A stretch of 64,000 bases of DNA from Candidatus Hydrogenedentales bacterium (GCA_050950105.1 JBMNGZ010000008.1:22167-86166), one strand, 5' to 3'. Shown: positions 33,100-43,275, counted from the stretch's first letter. A program made the numbers and translations. Notes: generated by a model from the letters alone, not told the origin.

Positions 33100-34170
33100 A
33101 TGTTCAACGGCCTTGGAATGCATCTGGGTAACCTGTCGCGCCTGTCAAACGCGAAGACACGATCGATCTCGGCGGAAAACTTTGATGGCGCGAAAGGCCG
33201 CGGCGGCATGGCCACCGACGGCACGTGCGCCCAATGCGCGCGCGACCTCGGCCAGGGCTGGAAGATCTCGCCGTCGGTCTGCATCGAACCGGGGCAGACC
33301 TTCGAGCTTGCCAGCATCGACGGCCCGGGAGCGATCCAGCAGATCTGGATGACGCCCACCGGCAACTGGCGCTTCAGCATCCTGCGCGTCTATTGGGACG
33401 GCGAGGACCTCCCCAGCATCGAAACGCCCGTCGGCGACTTTTTCTGCATGGGCTGGGGCGAATACACCCACGTGAACTCCCTGCCGGTCTGCGTCAATCC
33501 CGGCAGCGCGTTCAACTGCTATTGGGAAATGCCTTTCCGCAAACACTGCCGCATGACGTTTGAGAATATCGGCGACGAGCCCATGATCCTGTTCTATCAG
33601 ATCAACTACACCCTCACCAGCGTGCCCGACGACTGCGCCTACCTTCATGCCCAATTCCGCCGGACCAATCCGCTCCCGTACAAAGAGAACTACACCATCG
33701 CCGACGGCATCCGCGGGCACGGCCAGTACGTCGGCACCTACCTCGCCTGGCAAGTCAATAACACCGGCTGGTGGGGAGAGGGCGAGATCAAGTTTTTTCT
33801 AGACGGCGACGGGGAGTTTCCTACGATCTGCGGCACGGGCACGGAAGATTACTTCTGCGGCTCCTACAACTTCGACCGAAACGGCCACTATACGGAATTC
33901 AGCACCGCCTATGCCGGGTTGCCCCAGGTCATCCGTCCTGACGGCGCCTATCGTTCCCAGCAACGCTTCGGCCTCTATCGCTGGCACCTTATGGACCCGA
34001 TCCGCTTTGAACAGGACCTGCGGGTGACCATCCAGGCCCTGGGCTGGCGGAGCGGCGGACGTTACCTGCCCCTCCAGGACGACATCGCGTCGGTTGCATT
34101 TTGGTACCAGGCCGAGCCGCACGCGCCGTTCCCCAGTCTTCCTGGAAGAGATGAACTCGAAGTGATCTGA
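33100..34170 (+). CDS. DUF2961-family protein (glycoside hydrolase family 172-like)
   Basis: A 356-aa protein with a GTGTEDYFCGSYNFD motif and a jelly-roll-like composition I associate with DUF2961/GH172 members. Confidence 0.55.
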   Translation: MFNGLGMHLGNLSRLSNAKTRSISAENFDGAKGRGGMATDGTCAQCARDLGQGWKISPSVCIEPGQTFELASIDGPGAIQQIWMTPTGNWRFSILRVYWDGEDLPSIETPVGDFFCMGWGEYTHVNSLPVCVNPGSAFNCYWEMPFRKHCRMTFENIGDEPMILFYQINYTLTSVPDDCAYLHAQFRRTNPLPYKENYTIADGIRGHGQYVGTYLAWQVNNTGWWGEGEIKFFLDGDGEFPTICGTGTEDYFCGSYNFDRNGHYTEFSTAYAGLPQVIRPDGAYRSQQRFGLYRWHLMDPIRFEQDLRVTIQALGWRSGGRYLPLQDDIASVAFWYQAEPHAPFPSLPGRDELEVI

Positions 34171-34326
34171 AAAAACGGCGAAATTTGAGTTTCTGGCGCG
34201 CCAGTGAGTTCTGAAGAAAGGGGTGGGTTCTTTGACCATCCTGCTCGATTCCGCCCATGGCCTCATTGCCACTCCCTCTCCCAGGTGATACAATGTAGGT
34301 ACACAAAAACAACAAGGAGCCCACTC

Positions 34327-34554
34327 ATGATCAAGAAACTCGTACGACACGGAAACAGCCTGGCGCTCGTCATCGACAAAGCCATCCTCGAACTTCTCCG
34401 CATCGACCACGACACGCCCCTCGAACTCATCACCGACGGCGACGTCATCGTCATCAAGCCGGAAAGGGATGAGGACCATGAAAAGAAGTTGCATCTCGCG
34501 CTGGAAGCCGTCAATGAAAAATACGGCCGGGTGCTTAAACGGCTCGCGGAGTAG
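34327..34554 (+). CDS. AbrB/MazE/SpoVT-family antitoxin (Phd-like partner of Doc)
   Basis: A 75-aa protein (MIKKLVRHGNSLALVIDKAILELL...) with the swapped-hairpin AbrB-type N-terminus. The AGGAG Shine-Dalgarno precedes the start, and the gene sits 7 nt upstream of a Doc toxin gene. Confidence 0.55.
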   Translation: MIKKLVRHGNSLALVIDKAILELLRIDHDTPLELITDGDVIVIKPERDEDHEKKLHLALEAVNEKYGRVLKRLAE

Positions 34555-34560
34555 TGACTG

Positions 34561-34959
34561 ATGCCAATGGACAGGCCGGAGTTTCTCAGCCTCGCTGATG
34601 TCCTGACGATTCATGAAGACCAGATAGACCGGTATGGTGGATCGCACGGGATACGCGACCAAGGCCTCCTGGAAAGCGCTTTAGCACAGCCCCCTGCCAC
34701 GTTCGGTGGGGAGTATCTGCACCTCGGCCTCTATGAAATGGCGGCCGCCTACCTCTATCACATTGTGCAGAATCACCCATTTATCGACGGGAACAAGCGT
34801 GTCGGGGCTGTTTCTGCCTATGTCTTCCTGCGGATGAATGGCATTGAACTCGTCTCCTCCGAGGAAGCGATTGAGTCGCTCGTTCTCGCGGTTGCTTCAG
34901 GACAGGCCCACAAAGCCCAGGCAGCGGCCTTTTTCGAGCAACACAGCCGCCCGGTATGA
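34561..34959 (+). CDS. doc: Doc (death-on-curing) toxin, Fic/Doc family
   Basis: Shows the Doc-type Fic motif HPFIDGNKRVG in a 132-aa protein. Confidence 0.75.
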   Translation: MPMDRPEFLSLADVLTIHEDQIDRYGGSHGIRDQGLLESALAQPPATFGGEYLHLGLYEMAAAYLYHIVQNHPFIDGNKRVGAVSAYVFLRMNGIELVSSEEAIESLVLAVASGQAHKAQAAAFFEQHSRPV

Positions 34960-35030
34960 GGGCGGCGCCGCCTTTGCAAAAGCACCACAATTCGCGAAAA
35001 AAGGCGTAGCGAACCGCGGCCACAAAAAAA

Positions 35031-35053
35031 GCCCGCGACGCATCGCGGGCTTT
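35031..35053. terminator. bidirectional intrinsic terminator-like hairpin between convergent doc and Gfo/Idh/MocA genes
   Basis: GCCCGCGA-cgca-TCGCGGGC, flanked by an A7 run upstream and TTT downstream. Confidence 0.5.
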
Positions 35054-35076
35054 CACGAACCAGTCTGTTGCCGGCT

Positions 35077-36483
35077 TTAGCCGAGCGTGTATCCATTGAG
35101 ATAGGGGCGCGCAATCCACTCGTTGGCCTGTTTGACCGCATCGGCCGGCCCTCCGGTGAACTGTTCCGCCGCGGCGTCCCAGGTCAACTTGGCGCCCGCG
35201 AGGTACGCCGCGTTGCCGATGTGGCAGATCGTGCTCGAATTGTGGCACGACTCCACGTGGCTGATGGGTTTTTCGCCCGACCGGATGCAGGAGATGAAGT
35301 CATCGAGGTGCGGCTCGTAGAGCACCGACGCGCTGTCGTTTTCCTGGGCTTCGGCGGATTCGTAGGGGCCGCGTTCGGGCACGTATTGCTCGTTCGCCCC
35401 CGGGATCAGCTTAAATCCCGCGCGGCTGAGTTTCAACGAGCCCTTCGTGCCGTAGAAGATGATCCCGTGGTTGTCCGCCGGCGCGATCTGATCGCCATAG
35501 GAATTCCAGACCCGGTTTGTGAAGGTCAGCAGGTAGTCGTCGAATTCCCAACTGACGTTGATGGTGTCCGGCGTGGTGCGGTTGTCGGTAATGATGAATT
35601 TGCCGCCCGAGGCCGACACCGTCTTCGGTGCTTTCTCTTCGCCCATGGCCGACACTACGATGTCGACCAGGTGAACGCCCCAGTCGGTCAGTTTGCCGCC
35701 CGCGTAATCGTAGAACCAGCGGAAATTGTAGAGCCAGCGGTTCACGTTGAAAGGTTTGTGCTCCACCCAGCCCTGGTAGGTGTCCCACGGCCCGTACGAT
35801 TTCCATTTCTCGGGATCCGTCACGTCCGGCGGATTGCCGATGCCGGTCGGCGCCAGCATGTCGATCGAGAACGTATGCACGTGGGCGATCTGGCCGAGCG
35901 TCCCGCTCTTGACGATCTCGATGGCTTCCTTAAAGTGTTCGCCGCTGCGCTGGATGGTTCCACACTGGAACACCGTGTTGTTGCGCTGCGCGGCCGCGAC
36001 CATCGCCTGGCCTTCTTCCACCGTGGTGCCCAGCGGCTTCTCGCAATATACGGCCTTACCCGCATCGCAGGCGGCGATCGAGATCAGCGCGTGCCAATGG
36101 TCGGTTGTCGAGCAGATCACCGCATCGACGTCTGGATTGTCGATGATTTCCTTGTAATCATCATGTACCGTCGCCTGTTCGTTTTTCGCCTGGGCCATGG
36201 CATGTCCCTTGTCGCGGTTGCGCGGGAGCAGGTCGCAGACCGCGATCGGCATGACATCCGGACGCTGCATATTGTATCTCAGGTTGCCCGAACCCATAAC
36301 CCCCAAGCCGATGTGGCCGGTGCGAATCATCTCGTTGGCCCCGAGCACGCTCGAGGGAAGGATCGATTTATATACATCCGCGCGAGCCGTTTTGACCGTC
36401 GCTGCGCCCGCCGTGATGCCCGCCGCCGTCTTGGCCGCATCGCGCATAAATGCCCGGCGGCTCACTTCCTTCTTGCCTGCCAT
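35077..36483 (-). CDS. Gfo/Idh/MocA-family oxidoreductase, TAT-secreted
   Basis: Shows a twin-arginine signal (SRRAFMRDAAKTAAGITAGAATV), the Rossmann start (IGLGVMGSG) and the family-typical EKP motif (VYCEKPLG). Confidence 0.8.
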   Translation of the reverse strand: MAGKKEVSRRAFMRDAAKTAAGITAGAATVKTARADVYKSILPSSVLGANEMIRTGHIGLGVMGSGNLRYNMQRPDVMPIAVCDLLPRNRDKGHAMAQAKNEQATVHDDYKEIIDNPDVDAVICSTTDHWHALISIAACDAGKAVYCEKPLGTTVEEGQAMVAAAQRNNTVFQCGTIQRSGEHFKEAIEIVKSGTLGQIAHVHTFSIDMLAPTGIGNPPDVTDPEKWKSYGPWDTYQGWVEHKPFNVNRWLYNFRWFYDYAGGKLTDWGVHLVDIVVSAMGEEKAPKTVSASGGKFIITDNRTTPDTINVSWEFDDYLLTFTNRVWNSYGDQIAPADNHGIIFYGTKGSLKLSRAGFKLIPGANEQYVPERGPYESAEAQENDSASVLYEPHLDDFISCIRSGEKPISHVESCHNSSTICHIGNAAYLAGAKLTWDAAAEQFTGGPADAVKQANEWIARPYLNGYTLG

Positions 36484-36790
36484 CGTGTACCTCCATTATC
36501 TGACTACGCGGTCGCTGATACGCGCCGGGTTGCTCCGATTCGCCGCCTGGCGGACCGGTTTCAAGGATTGCGGTCATGGTACTCCAAACGAGGCCGCGTT
36601 TCCAGAATCCGTCCTGCGGCATAAACCAACGCACTAACTGGCAATGTTCTCGCGCGCCAGGCGTCCACGAAGTGGAGCGCGCCACATTCCCGCTAAAACC
36701 AGCCTCAAGAGGCGGCAAGCAAACCCGGGTCCCCCGACATTCGCGGCATGCCCGGGCGAGCCCTGCTTGCCATCTTCGGCCACCGCTGCG

Positions 36791-36882
36791 ATTCTGCCCA
36801 CGAGCGCCCGGGAACAATGCCGCGGCGTGCGGGTGTTCCACGCTGTACTGCATTCTGCCCACGAACGCCGGGGAATAATCCC
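36791..36882. repeat. 31-bp direct repeat (ATTCTGCCCACGARCGCCSGGGAAYAATSCC) x2 in the divergent promoter region upstream of fabF
   Basis: The copies lie at 36791-36821 and 36852-36882, 61 nt apart, and match at 26/31 positions. Confidence 0.35.
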
Positions 36883-37015
36883 TTGAACTTCATTCGCGCC
36901 ACCCGTACCATGGCGCTTGCGTTTTAACCAGACAGGGAGGGATGGCTGCGAGCGCGTGTCTACCGTTTGCGGCGGCGCGGCGGCTGGCTAGCGTTGCATC
37001 CAAGAGGGTTGCACT

Positions 37016-38263
37016 TTGAAACATGAACGCCGCGTTGTTGTCACGGGGCTCGGCGCCATTACACCGCTGGGTGTTGGTCTTGAGCCAACGTGGGAGGGGC
37101 TTCTGGCCGGGAAGAACGGCATCGACCGCCTCACCCATTTTGATCCTTCGCAGTATCGCTCCCAGATTGCCGGCGAGGTGCGCGACTTTCGGGTGGAAGA
37201 CTGGCTCGACAGCAAATCTGCGCGCCGGATGGATCGGGTGATGCACTTTGGGCTCGTCGCCTCGAAAATGGCCCTTGCGGATGCCGCCCTCGACAACGCC
37301 TCGTATGACAAGAACCGTGCAGGCGTCATCATCGGTTCGGGGATTGGCGGTTCGACGAGCATCGAAGAAGGCTGCGCGATATCCAGAGCGAAAGGCCCAC
37401 GCGCCATCAGCCCCTTTTTCGTGTCTAAAGTGCTGATCAACATGACCGCGTGCGCGGTCTCCATCGAGCATGGGCTGAAAGGCCCCTTGACCGCGTTGTC
37501 GGTGGCCTGTTCGACCGGCGCCAATGCCGTGGGCGATGCATTTCGCGTGATTCAGCGCGGGGACGCCGAGATCATGGTGGCAGGGGCCTCGGAAGCCTGT
37601 CTTACCCCGGTGCCGTACGGAGGATTCTGTGCGACGCGTTCCATGTCGACCCGGAACGACGATCCCACCCACGCCAGCCGGCCTTTCGACAGAAACCGCG
37701 ACGGATTTGTGATGGGAGAAGGCGCGGGCGTGGCCGTTCTGGAGGAATTGGAGCACGCCCGGGCCCGCGGCGCACGGATTTATGCGGAGCTGGTGGGCTA
37801 CGGAAATACCGCGGATGCATACCACTTCACCGCGCCGGAACCGGCAGGTGACGGCATGCTGCGGGTGATGCGCGCGGCGCTGCATGATGCGGGGCTCGCC
37901 CCTGAGGCCATCGGTTACATAAATGCCCACGGTACATCGACGGTCCTGAACGATCGCACCGAATCCCTGGCCATCGAGCGGGTATTCGGCGCACAGGCGA
38001 AAAAGTTGAAAATCAGCGCCACAAAGTCCATGATCGGCCACTTGATGGCTGCGGCCGGCGCTGCGGAGTTCATTGCGACCGTCATGTGCCTTCATACCGG
38101 CAAGATCCATCCAACCATCAACTACGAGGAACCCGACCCGGAATGCCCCCTGGACTACGTGCCCAATGTGGCCCAGGAATGCCAATTCGACGCGGCCCTG
38201 TGCAATGCGTTCGGATTCGGCGGCGGCAACGCGTGTCTCATCGTACAACGCTTCGGAGAATAG
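37016..38263 (+). CDS. fabF: beta-ketoacyl-[acyl-carrier-protein] synthase II
   Basis: Shows the active-site Cys region (SVACSTGANAVGDA), the His-His pair (HGTSTVLND...GHLMAAAGAAE) and C-terminal NAFGFGGGNACLIV. Confidence 0.85.
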   Translation: MKHERRVVVTGLGAITPLGVGLEPTWEGLLAGKNGIDRLTHFDPSQYRSQIAGEVRDFRVEDWLDSKSARRMDRVMHFGLVASKMALADAALDNASYDKNRAGVIIGSGIGGSTSIEEGCAISRAKGPRAISPFFVSKVLINMTACAVSIEHGLKGPLTALSVACSTGANAVGDAFRVIQRGDAEIMVAGASEACLTPVPYGGFCATRSMSTRNDDPTHASRPFDRNRDGFVMGEGAGVAVLEELEHARARGARIYAELVGYGNTADAYHFTAPEPAGDGMLRVMRAALHDAGLAPEAIGYINAHGTSTVLNDRTESLAIERVFGAQAKKLKISATKSMIGHLMAAAGAAEFIATVMCLHTGKIHPTINYEEPDPECPLDYVPNVAQECQFDAALCNAFGFGGGNACLIVQRFGE

Positions 38264-38264
38264 C

Positions 38265-39332
38265 GTGGACATCCCAAAACTTCAGATAGGCTCCATTACA
38301 GCCGAAGTGCCCATCATTCAGGGCGGTATGGGCGTGAAGGTGTCGCTGGCCTCGCTGGCGGCCGCCGTGGCCAATGAAGGCGGCATCGGCACCATCGCCA
38401 GTGTGGGCCTCGGCGATATGCACGCGACGCGCGAAAATTACGAGGGGGTTAGCAGCGAGGCCATTGCCGAAGAGATCCGCAAGGCCCAAAGGGCTACCCA
38501 GGGACCGATCGCCGTGAACGTCATGAGCGTCCTGAGCAATGCGGAAACGCTTATCCGCACCAGCGTCCGCGAGGGCGTCAAAATGGTCGTCGTCGGCGCG
38601 GGATTGCCGCTCAAGCTTCCGGCCATGGTCGAAGACGACAGCGTCAACCTCGTTCCGATTGTCAGTTCCAGCCGGGCCGCTGCCCTGATCCTCCGGACTT
38701 GGAAAAAACGCTATGGGCGTACGGCCCAGGCCGTCATCCTCGAGGGTCCGCTGGCTGGCGGCCATCTCGGTTTCTCCGAAGAAGAGTTGTCCCGGGCGGA
38801 GGACTTCTCGCTCGAACGCCTGCTGCCCGAGACCCTGGAAGCCCTCAAACCGTTTGAAGACGCGTTCGGCGTCAAAATCCCCGTGATCGCCGCGGGAGGC
38901 ATCTATACCGGCCACGACATTGCCCGCATGCTGTCGCTCGGCGCGTCGGGCATCCAGATGGCGACCCGCTTTGTGTGCACCCGGGAATGCGGCGTGTCCG
39001 ACGCCTTCAAACAGGCCTATCTCGATGCATCCGAGGACGATATCGTCATCATCAAGAGTCCCGTGGGCATTCCCGGCCGCGCAGTCCGCAACCGTTTTCT
39101 CCAACGCCTGGACCGCGGTGAGCCCATTCCGATCAATTGCCCCTATAAATGCCTCAGCACGTGTAAGATTTACGATTCCCGCTACTGTATCGCGAATGCG
39201 CTGCTCAACGCCTATGACGGCGATATGGAGAACGGGCTTGTGTTCGCAGGGCACAACGTCTCACGTGTCCATGAAATTCTCACGGTCAAGGAGCTGATCG
39301 ACAGCCTCCTCGACGAGCTGCGGGCCGCCTGA
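38265..39332 (+). CDS. fabK: NAD(P)H-dependent flavin oxidoreductase, nitronate monooxygenase family (putative enoyl-ACP reductase FabK)
   Basis: The GTG start immediately follows the fabF stop. The FMN-binding TIM barrel shows PIIQGGMGV and IAAGGIYTGHDIA. The FabK assignment rests on the linkage to fabF. Confidence 0.55.
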   Translation: MDIPKLQIGSITAEVPIIQGGMGVKVSLASLAAAVANEGGIGTIASVGLGDMHATRENYEGVSSEAIAEEIRKAQRATQGPIAVNVMSVLSNAETLIRTSVREGVKMVVVGAGLPLKLPAMVEDDSVNLVPIVSSSRAAALILRTWKKRYGRTAQAVILEGPLAGGHLGFSEEELSRAEDFSLERLLPETLEALKPFEDAFGVKIPVIAAGGIYTGHDIARMLSLGASGIQMATRFVCTRECGVSDAFKQAYLDASEDDIVIIKSPVGIPGRAVRNRFLQRLDRGEPIPINCPYKCLSTCKIYDSRYCIANALLNAYDGDMENGLVFAGHNVSRVHEILTVKELIDSLLDELRAA

Positions 39333-39500
39333 TTTTACGGGCGCTGTGCGGACCCCGGCCCCGTCAACAGGACCCCCTCCGAAACGGAGCGGTCCCGGCT
39401 GCCGGGTGCTTGCGGGCGAGGCAAGCCTTTGTTTAGTATGGCGGCCGCAGAATTCATGGCGCCCCTGCTTTGTGGCGAGAAATGAGTCTTGGAGGCTTTC

Positions 39501-41195
39501 ATGCGGAATTCCCGGCGGCCTGTCTTGTTCCAACCGCTGCGTGCGGCGGTACTGATGGCATTCCTGTGGGTGCTTTTCCTGGGCGGCTGCGGCGGTCCAG
39601 CCGTGCAGCCCGGCCCGGCGCCGGGCGGGGAGGAAGCCGAAGCCGCGCCCACCGCATCGGCGGAAACGGACGGCGAACCCGCGTATGGGGACTGGCTCAT
39701 CACGCGCATGTCGGCCGAGACCGAAAACCTCAATCCGTACACGAGTTCCGACGCCTATGCGTCGCGGATCACTGCGTTCATTTTTGAGAGCCTGCTGGAA
39801 CGTGACAACGAATCCCTCGAGATGGTCCCCCGGCTGGCCGAAACCTGGGAAATTTCCGACGATAAACTGGCGTATACCTTTACCCTTCACGAAGGAACCG
39901 TATTTTCCGACGGAACGCCGCTGACGACCGAAGACATCAAGTTCAGCTTCGACACCATCAAGGATCCCAAGGTTGACGCGCCGCACCTGCGCAATTATTA
40001 CCAGGATGTCACGGCCTGCGAGGTTATTGATGCGCGGACGGTCCGGTTTGTGTGTTCAAAACCCTATTTCCGCCATATCGTCATGCTGGGCGGCCTCGAC
40101 ATCATTCCCAAGCACATTTACGGTGTGGGCGATTTCAACGCGCACCCCAACAACCGCAAACCCGTAGGTTCGGGGCCATACATGCTTGAAAAATGGGATC
40201 CCGGGCAGCAAATGGTGCTGGTTGAAAATCCCGTGTATTGGGGCAAACGGCCCTACCTCGCAAAGCGCGTTTACCGGATCATCCTGTCCGATGGGCCCGC
40301 CCTGCAGGCACTCCAGGGAGGGCAACTCGATACGATGGGGCTCACCCCCGAACAATGGGTGCGCCAGACGGGTTCCAAACGGTTCACGGGACAGTTCAAC
40401 AAATTTTCGTTTTATGCGCCCTACTACAATTATATCGGCTGGAACAGCCGCCGGCCTCAGTTCAGCGACAAGCGAGTCCGGCGCGCACTCACTATGCTGC
40501 TGAACCGCGAGGACATCCGCGAAAAGATCTTCCACGGTCTGGCGATCACTGTGACGGGCAACGCCTTTGTCGAGAGCCCGGAATACAACAAAGACATTCA
40601 GCCATGGCCTTTCGACCCCGAACAGGCCAAACAGCTCCTGGCCGAAGCGGGCTGGGTCGATTCCGACGGCGACGGCCTCCGCGATAAAGACGGGACCGCG
40701 TTCCGCTTCGACCTGCTCATCAAGAACGACAGCCCGGAAACGGAACAGATCGCCACGATTTTTCAAAACGAACTCAAGCGGGCCGGCATCGAAATGTCGC
40801 TCCGCCCCCTGGAATGGGCCACTTTTCTTCAGCAGATCGACGCGCGCAAATTTGACGCCTGCATCCTGGGCTGGTCGATGCCGGCTGATTTTGACCCGTA
40901 CCAAGTCTGGCATTCGAGCATGGCCGAGGGCACCGGGTCGAATTTCGTCGGTTTCAACAGCGCCGAGGCGGACGAGATCATGGAGACGGCCCGCCAGACC
41001 TTTGACCGGGAAGAGCGCATCCGGATGTACCACCGGTTCCACGAGATTCTCCACGAGGAACAGCCCTATACCTTCCTTTTCTGCAGCAAATCGCTTCTGG
41101 CCGTGGATAAGCGTTTCCACGGGATCGTGATGTATCCGCTCGGCCCTGATACGCGGGAGTGGTGGGTGCCCAAGGCATTGCAGCGGTATCCGTAA
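39501..41195 (+). CDS. ABC transporter substrate-binding lipoprotein, peptide/nickel (family 5, OppA/DppA-like)
   Basis: Shows a lipobox (LFLGGC). The ATG at 39501 follows GGAGG. The ~560-aa SBP-5 architecture is present. Confidence 0.8.
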   Translation: MRNSRRPVLFQPLRAAVLMAFLWVLFLGGCGGPAVQPGPAPGGEEAEAAPTASAETDGEPAYGDWLITRMSAETENLNPYTSSDAYASRITAFIFESLLERDNESLEMVPRLAETWEISDDKLAYTFTLHEGTVFSDGTPLTTEDIKFSFDTIKDPKVDAPHLRNYYQDVTACEVIDARTVRFVCSKPYFRHIVMLGGLDIIPKHIYGVGDFNAHPNNRKPVGSGPYMLEKWDPGQQMVLVENPVYWGKRPYLAKRVYRIILSDGPALQALQGGQLDTMGLTPEQWVRQTGSKRFTGQFNKFSFYAPYYNYIGWNSRRPQFSDKRVRRALTMLLNREDIREKIFHGLAITVTGNAFVESPEYNKDIQPWPFDPEQAKQLLAEAGWVDSDGDGLRDKDGTAFRFDLLIKNDSPETEQIATIFQNELKRAGIEMSLRPLEWATFLQQIDARKFDACILGWSMPADFDPYQVWHSSMAEGTGSNFVGFNSAEADEIMETARQTFDREERIRMYHRFHEILHEEQPYTFLFCSKSLLAVDKRFHGIVMYPLGPDTREWWVPKALQRYP

Positions 41196-41210
41196 CGTAA
41201 TGGGTGGTTC

Positions 41211-42215
41211 GTGAAAGCCTATCTCATACGACGCTTGTTCCTGGTGATTCCGACCTTTCTCGGGATCAGCATGATCTCGTTCGCGGTCATTCAATTGGCG
41301 CCCGGCAGCCCGATCTACATGAAATTGCGCACGGCCGATCAGGGTATGTCCACCGACGCCAACACCCAGGAAATTCTCCAGCAGACCCGGGAACTCTACG
41401 GGCTGGATCGGCCGCTTCCCGTGCAATACATCAAATGGCTGGGCCGCCTCGTAACCCTGGATTTCGGCGAATCGTTCAAAGACCATCGTCCCGTGCGCGA
41501 CAAAATCCTCGAAGCATTGCCGATCACGCTGCAGCTCAACATCATTTCGATCTTTCTCGTCTATCTCATCTCCATTCCAATCGGAGTGTATTCCTCCACC
41601 CACCAGCGCACCTGGTCGGACACGTTTATCACGATCGGGCTCTTTGTGCTGTACAGCATGCCGAGCTTCTGGGTGGCGATGCTGCTGATTTACTTTTTCG
41701 GCGGCGGTGAATGGTTTAACTGGTTTCCAGTCTCCGGCATGAACTCGATTGGCGCAGAAAATTTCTCGTGGATGCACTGGCTCGTCGACCGCACCTGGCA
41801 CCTGGTGTTGCCGGTCTTCTGTCTGACCTATGGCGGGCTTGCCGGATTATCGCGCTATGCCCGTTCGGGGATGATTGAGGTCATCCGGCAGGACTATATC
41901 CGCACCGCCCGCGCCTACGGGTTTTCGGAAAAGGTCGTGGTCTTCAAATACGCGATGCGAAACTCGTTGATCCCCATCATTACGCTGCTCGGCACGCTGC
42001 TTCCGTCGTTGCTGGGCGGCAGCGTGATCATCGAGAGCATTTTTTCCGTTCCCGGGATGGGTTTCCGGGGCTTTGACGCCCTCTTGTCGCGGGATTATCC
42101 GATGATCATGGGTCTGTTGGCGGTGTCCGCCTTGCTTACCCTCATCGGGCTGCTTGTGTCCGATGTCCTGTATGCGATCGCGGATCCGCGCATCAAATTT
42201 GAACAATCGGATTGA
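41211..42215 (+). CDS. ABC transporter permease (OppB/DppB-like)
   Basis: Has 6 TM segments and the EAA-like loop (SRYARSGMIEVIRQDYIRTARAYG). Confidence 0.8.
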   Translation: MKAYLIRRLFLVIPTFLGISMISFAVIQLAPGSPIYMKLRTADQGMSTDANTQEILQQTRELYGLDRPLPVQYIKWLGRLVTLDFGESFKDHRPVRDKILEALPITLQLNIISIFLVYLISIPIGVYSSTHQRTWSDTFITIGLFVLYSMPSFWVAMLLIYFFGGGEWFNWFPVSGMNSIGAENFSWMHWLVDRTWHLVLPVFCLTYGGLAGLSRYARSGMIEVIRQDYIRTARAYGFSEKVVVFKYAMRNSLIPIITLLGTLLPSLLGGSVIIESIFSVPGMGFRGFDALLSRDYPMIMGLLAVSALLTLIGLLVSDVLYAIADPRIKFEQSD

Positions 42216-42224
42216 CGGGGCGGT

Positions 42225-43256
42225 ATGAACGGCGCAGCTGGAAAGAGACAGAGTTACTGGCGGCTGGTCTGGCGGCAGTACCGGAAAAACCGGCTCGCCA
42301 TGGCCGGGCTTGCGGTGATTCTCTGCCTTTTCGTGGTGGCGTTGCTGGCGCCGTTTCTGGCCCATTCGCGTCCCATATACCTGATCAAAGACGGGCGCAG
42401 CTACTGGTTCACCAACCTGATCAACTATCCCCAGCTGGTTGAGGTCGATTTTGTGAACTGGACCCCCGGTGATGGCGAGCGCGCCCTGCGGCCGCCCGTG
42501 CCGTTTGGCCCGCTCGATGACAACGTGCTTCAGCGCCTCGAACCGCCCGCCTGGGCGGGCGCCGGGTTAACGGCGGAGTCCGCGCGGCACTGGCTGGGCA
42601 CGGACGACCGCGGCCGCGATGTGCTCAGCCGTCTCATCTGGGGCACGCGCATTTCGATGAGCATCGGCTTTGTGGCCGTGGGCATTTCGGCACTGATCGG
42701 CGTGCTCTTCGGGGCCCTGGCGGGCTATTACGGCGGCAAAGTCGATTTGGTTATTCTGCGGCTGATCGAGATCGTGATGTGTTTTCCGAGCTTCTTTCTG
42801 ATTTTGACCCTGATGGCCTTCCTGCCGCCGAGTATCTGGAACATCATGGTGGCGATCGGGCTGCTTGGCTGGACAGGGATTGCCCGGCTCGTGCGGGGCG
42901 AATTTCTCCGCCTGCGCGAGAGCGATTTTGCGACGGCCGCACGGGCTACGGGCCTTCATGACGGTTGGATCATCTTTCGCCACCTGCTGCCGAACGCGCT
43001 CGCGCCCGTCTGGGTATCCGCGACATTCGGCGTGGCGGGTGCTATTTTGACAGAATCGGGCCTCAGTTTTCTGGGATTTGGCGTGCCGCCGCCCGCGGCC
43101 AGCTGGGGCGAAGTGCTCAAACAATCACAAACATACATCACGTACGCGTGGTGGCTCGTGACTTTTCCAGGCGTGGCCATTTTTATTACCGTGACTGCGT
43201 TCAACCTGGTGGGAGAGGGCCTGCGTGATGCCATGGATCCGAGGCTCCGTCAATAA
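42225..43256 (+). CDS. ABC transporter permease (OppC/DppC-like)
   Basis: A TM-rich protein with an EAA-like loop (TAARATGLHDGWIIFRHLLPNAL). Confidence 0.8.
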   Translation: MNGAAGKRQSYWRLVWRQYRKNRLAMAGLAVILCLFVVALLAPFLAHSRPIYLIKDGRSYWFTNLINYPQLVEVDFVNWTPGDGERALRPPVPFGPLDDNVLQRLEPPAWAGAGLTAESARHWLGTDDRGRDVLSRLIWGTRISMSIGFVAVGISALIGVLFGALAGYYGGKVDLVILRLIEIVMCFPSFFLILTLMAFLPPSIWNIMVAIGLLGWTGIARLVRGEFLRLRESDFATAARATGLHDGWIIFRHLLPNALAPVWVSATFGVAGAILTESGLSFLGFGVPPPAASWGEVLKQSQTYITYAWWLVTFPGVAIFITVTAFNLVGEGLRDAMDPRLRQ

Positions 43257-43275
43257 CAACACAAAGGAGAGTGCG

